In this document: positions 35,515 through 39,925 of the stretch, in pieces | Numbering within the stretch: position 1 is the stretch's first letter | Layout of the letters: each line of letters begins with the position of its first letter | Assembly (NCBI GenBank): GCA_003990765.1 | Contig: RBNJ01000130.1 | Coordinates: 1-39,925, forward strand | Direction of reading: 5' to 3' | DNA length: 39,925 nucleotides | Source of the DNA: Jimgerdemannia flammicorona | Lineage: Eukaryota | Notes under the pieces: model-generated | What the model saw: only the letters and a program-made list of their open reading frames with translations | What the model was told of the DNA's origin: nothing | Database searches by the model: none | Translations under genes and position numbers: made by a program

Positions 35515-35950
35515 GTGAATACTCCTCTTCCTGTGGATCCAAATTCTTTCTTTCCTCTTTTCGTTTCCTCCAGCTTCTTAACTTCTATGATCTTTGGTTG
35601 TAGGATCGAAAATATCAACATTTGCGCTAATCAGTCCTTCTTCTTGACTGGAAATGGAATTGTAGGATTGTGATTCCTAGCAATGAGTAGAATTTCTCCA
35701 GTATAGTCTGAATCAATAACTCCTCCTTCAATTGTGATTTTGCTTCTAGCCAGGCTGCTTCTTGTCTTGAGAATCCCAACATAATCCTTTGGGATGGTCA
35801 TCTCCAGTCCAGTTACAAGTAGGGTAGTTGTCTGGGGTTTCAGTACAGTCTCTTCTACTGTAGTGATGTCCATTCCGGCTGCATTTTCTGACTTGTATTC
35901 TGGCAAGACTGCATCAGGGTAAATCTTTCGAATCTTGATCTTGATTTCTT
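35515..35950 (-). pseudogene. dUTPase domain of element D (between protease and RT)
   Basis: AAGMDI...TGLEMTIPKDYVGILKTRSSLA...EGGVIDSDYTGEILLI...RGKKEFGSTG (motifs 1-5). Confidence 0.95.
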
Positions 35951-38094
35951 CTTCATCATCACTGTCCTCCAGGAGGGCTGGTAGTTCATCATCTTCCTTC
36001 TTCTCTTCTTCCCTGATCTGTTTTTCGAGAGCTTTCTGCCTTCTTTCCTGGTGGATCTTCTTGATTCTGATGGTGCACTGGTAGCAATCATTGACATGCT
36101 CCATACAGTACATCTTGATCCCATGAGGACAGACTCTTTGTGGGGCATAATCTTCTGTGATCTTCTTGTACCATTCTTCTTTACTTATCTATCCAACTTT
36201 CTTCTTCTTTGGAGTAGTCACCATATAAGCTTCCTCTTGCTCACTCTCTTCTTCCTCCATGTTGGGCAGGACTCCTTTGTTGATATTGATGAGAATTCGT
36301 ATCTTCTGTCCCCAGTAGGTGATCTGCATCTTCTGGGCATTGAGATCAATTACTGCCTTGGCTTTGTGAAGCCATTGATTGCCAATGAGAATGTCATAGT
36401 TGGTGGCATTGGTTACAATTACATCTACTGGGATGGTTGCTCCTCCAATCTTGATGGGAATATCTCGGATCTTTCCCAGAGGTGTGGCTCTTGTACCATT
36501 GGCTGTGATGAACACCAGCTTAGTTGCTTCTTCCACATCCCAACCTAGGTGGTCTGCTGCCTTCTTGCTGAGGAGACATCCTCCTGCTCCTGTATCAATA
36601 ATGGCTTCAAAGATTCTATCTTCGATTTGGCATATTGCATAAGCAGAGGTTTTGTAATTATCCTCACTTTCTTCTCCTGAGTCCTCTTGAATGTTATTGG
36701 CCTCAGTTATCTTCCATCCTTGTTTCTTAGTTATTTTGGCAAGTCCAAACCTCATTTGCTGTCTAAATGTTGGGATTTCTGTGAGCTGACCAAAGGTTGC
36801 ATTGACCTTTTGTTGACTGAGGTCCTTGAAGATATCATACTTGAAGGTCTTGGTCTTGCAAAGCTTCTTTTCTTTTTCTCCTTCACTGGCTGGAGTGGTT
36901 CCTTGGATAATATCTTGAACTACTTGTTCCAGCTCTATATCTTGGTCTGTCTCTTCAGCTTGGCTTTCAGTGGCTATTTCTATCTGCTTTTCTACTGAGT
37001 TCTTCTTGGGTCTTCCTGATGATCTCTTGTAGAGTTCTTTGCAAACATTCTTCTTGGTAGTCTGAGCAGGATAGGCCTCCCATTCTTCTTTATCAGAATC
37101 TCCAATTTTCTCGAAGGTAATTATATTAGCCTGCTCCTTGTTTTATATAGCATTACTTGGTTGAGCCTTATACTTGGTTTCGCTCATGCATTCATAGGAG
37201 TAGTGGCCTTCTTCTCTGCAAGTATAGCAGGTGCCTTTCCTCTTGTCTAAGATGGCAGCAAACTTCTGGACAGGGTGGCAGTCTCTTCCTTGAATTTCCT
37301 TTATCACATCTCCCAGGTGAGCAGTCATTTCGGTGAACCTTTTGGCAAGTTTCTCTATTGGATTGCTGTTCTTTTGCTACTCCATAGCTTTTGGCTGAGG
37401 TGTGTTTTGATTGATCATTATGGGTATCTTGATTCTGACTCCTGTGACCCTTTTCATTGTGTAGTCTTATGGATGTCTGGCTATCCAGTATCACTGAGCA
37501 TAGGTAACCTTCTGTAGCAGATCCAGAATCACTGGTGATGAGCGGATGGCCATAGCTATTTCTGGATAGACTCCTTTCATGAAGGTTGCTTTGGCTACTT
37601 GATCTCGGATAGCAGCAGCATAATCTGCAAGGATTATCTGATATCAAATTCTGATATAGAATGTGTTTGGACCCTCGCTTATTCCTTGGTATGTTGTGTT
37701 GAGCTGATCCTTCAGGACTTGCTTGATCTCATCTGTATAATATGTATTTCAGAGCCAGGTCTTCTGTGCTGTCAGTATAGTATCGGCATCATTTTCTGCA
37801 TAGGTTGTGGCTGTGAATGCTGCTCTGGCAGGACCTCGTAGGCTGAAGAGCATGAGGGCTACTTGCTGTGCTGCTGTCAGGGTCCTTATAGTAGCATACT
37901 GCTCAAAATTGTCAATGAAGGTGATGATTGATTTGTCTGAGGTATACATATCTGTGGAATACTGGTGGTCTCATATCCATCTTGTCTGGGTATTGGGGCT
38001 CAGTTTGTATGGTTGTTCAGGTAGGGGTGGTTGTTTGTTGTTTAGCTTGAAAGTGAGGAATTCATCTTGAATCACCAGCCAATGGGCACTAAGT

Positions 38095-38560
38095 TGTAAC
38101 ATAGCGAATGCTTACTCTTGAAAGTACATCGGATTTCTGTATCTTGAAAACTTGATCTTCTTTGACTCCTCAGAGTCCTTTGAGTTGCAGGGGAGGGTGG
38201 ATGAGTTCGAAGTATATCTGCCCACAGGCTTACTAGTTCCTTTGCTATCTCTTTACTTTGAACTATTTCGATCTGAGGTTTATTCACTTGAAGATACTGG
38301 GTTATTTATATAAGTTTGCTAGCTATGAGATAGTTACTGGGTTACATGGCTAGGTTATGAGTCATTTAACACTTTGCTAAATATTTCACCAGTTGCGAAA
38401 TGCTATACTATATCAAGAAGCTCAATCTCGCACTTTGCGAAATATTTAGCAAATGGCAGAATCGAGGACTGCTAACTATGTGGCTATACTACTTTGAGAC
38501 TAGGTGCAATCAAGTGTCTATTCCCTATTTCCTTCATCCAAATCTGGCTATACCATCATA
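38095..38560 (-). repeat. 5' LTR of element D
   Basis: Direct repeat of 29824-30289. Minus-strand TATAAATA at ~38303-38310 and AATAAA at ~38279-38284. Confidence 0.95.
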
Positions 38561-38745
38561 CTATACTATTCTGAACTTTACTACTTTTCATTTGTATTGT
38601 CCACTTAGACTACTTTGGCTTACTTCTCCATTCTTACTATCCATTCTCTATATAGGACAATATATGATATTCTTGAAGTTTTCTTTAATAATTAGTATTG
38701 AAATTTCTATTATTTTGATATCTCAATAATGTGGCTTATACATAT

Positions 38746-39925
38746 TGTAACATAGCAGATGCTTACTCTTGAAAGTACGTCGGATTTCTGTATCTTGAAA
38801 ACTTGACTGTTCTGACTCTCACAGAGTCTCTGGAAGTGGCAGGGGAGGGTGGGTGAGTTTGAAGTGTATCTGCCCGCAGGCTTACTAGTTTCTTTGCTAT
38901 CTCTTTGCTTTGAACTATTTCAATCTGAGGTTTATTCACTCAAAGATACTGGGTTATTTATACAAGTTTGCTAGCTATGAGAGGGTGGCTAAGTAATAAA
39001 TGAGTCATTTGGACTTTGTCGAAACATTTGGACAATGTTTAAACGCTATACTAAATCGGGGTATCCGATTTGGATAATGTCTAAAATTTAGATGATGTCT
39101 AAGAAATTTAGACAATGTCGAAATCGAGGACTGCTAACTATAATGCTATAGTACTTTGGGAATGGGTGCGATCAAGTGTCTATTCCCTATTTCCTTCTTC
39201 CAAATCTGGCTGTACTGTCACAACTTCCTCCTGAATAGATGGTCTCGTCCCTGAGGCATCTATTCAAACTCCCAGGCTTCAATGGTCTGTATGGTCTTAT
39301 ACTGTGCGATTTGCTGCATGACTGTTTCCCAATAATGTCTTCTCACTTTCTCGAAGTCAGTAGGGGTTACTCCTCTCAGGTGGTCTATCACTGCTTCATC
39401 TTCTCAGAATAACTTGTGGATCCTTTTGGCAATAGTGATCTGTGAGTGGGATAGTTGACACTCGGCAATCCAGTCCTCTTTGGTCTTTGCTGGATCCTGA
39501 TTGAGCACCTGTCCAAGCTTGAAGTACTCTTGGAATTCTGCGCGATACTGATAGGCTCTAAAGTGCGAGATCCGAGAGAGATGAGTCTGCATAATACTCT
39601 GAATATCCTCATAGAATGGCTCTATGGTCGGAGGCTCGGTGGTGTGCCATTGTCTTTCGATGGCTCTTTGGGCAGCACTAGTGATCTTGAGTACCATCGC
39701 AGTACTTTTGTTACTGGCCATGGTATTTCTTGAGTCAGTTTCAGTGAATGGTGGTGGAGATTATTGTGCCTGAGGGTTTTCATAGCCAAAAGGTGGTTCC
39801 TTTTATATCTTGCACAAGGTAAGGTCCTTCCCACTTGGGCTCCAGTTTTCGTGACCATGAAGCTTCTACCATGTTCCGATACACCAGGACTTTGTCTCCT
39901 ATCTTGATAATCTCCAAGGGCTTGT
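38746..39925 (-). mobile_element. 3' end of Gypsy element E (sister subfamily of D); LTR at 38746-39222; runs off the window
   Basis: 477-bp TG...CA LTR similar to the D LTR except for a U3 block, PPT at 39223-39233, accessory ORF, and integrase C-terminus (KLEPKWEGPY). Confidence 0.93.
39260..39721 (-). pseudogene. 153-codon accessory ORF of element E (one internal TGA)
   Basis: MASNKSTAM...YFKLGQVL...AKRIHKLF*EDEAVIDHLRGVTPTDFEKVRRHYWETVMQQIAQYKTIQTIEAWEFE*. Many synonymous differences from the D copy. Confidence 0.85.

Larger units (their letters stand above)
30778..38000 (-). pseudogene. gag-pol relic of element D (split by the solo LTR at 32624-34662)
   Basis: gag FIDNFEQYA...LRGPARAAF and CYTCREEGHYSYEC; PR AIIDTGAGGCLL; RT RLCVDYRKLN, LDLYSGFYQI, VYVDDIIIYS; RH LQTDAS...TIQIDHSAL; IN VHELGHLG...TTDRGTEF...KLEPKWEGPY. 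Confidence 0.95.
29824..38560 (-). mobile_element. Non-chromoviral Gypsy element D: gag-PR-dUTPase-RT-RH-IN plus a 3' accessory ORF; carries a solo LTR of family C
   Basis: Two 466-bp LTRs, PPT TAGGAGGAAGT at 30290-30300, mutated PBS (TAGTGCCCAT on minus) next to 38095, possible 4-bp TSD ttat/ctat. Confidence 0.95.

Noticed and set aside
35271-38070. Plus-strand ORFs opposite D pol and gag
   Set aside because: They are antisense shadows of the retroelement polyprotein with no independent motifs.
38072-38287. MNKPQ ORFs in the D LTRs (also 29816-30016)
   Set aside because: GTG start overlapping the poly(A) signal, run off the LTR end, and the corresponding E region has indels.

Overview
Eukaryotic, most likely fungal, repeat-dense window. 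There is no rRNA, tRNA or CRISPR array. One clear host gene is present: an intronless orphan 7-transmembrane protein (8630-9508). It sits in a CpG-rich island (~4430-10610) and is bracketed by ~0.8-0.9 kb diverged inverted repeats. The rest is mostly transposon debris showing directional C>T/G>A (RIP-like) decay: two poly(A)-tailed retroposon 3' ends, a hAT relic, and a nest of five Ty3/Gypsy elements (A-E) plus a solo LTR. Three of the Gypsy elements carry dUTPase. The strongest novelty candidate is an LTR-retrotransposon accessory system with three parts. (i) The ~2 kb LTR of chromovirus C encodes a ~365-aa protein in U3. (ii) Its N-terminal domain aligns with a 153-aa ORF placed after integrase in the non-chromoviral elements D and E. 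(iii) The D and E LTRs carry arrays of 17-bp palindromes whose core has switched in nearly all copies and both half-sites between the two subfamilies. Together these suggest an element-encoded, sequence-specific regulator (transactivator or anti-silencer) and its binding sites. That function is inference. All alignments were done by eye.
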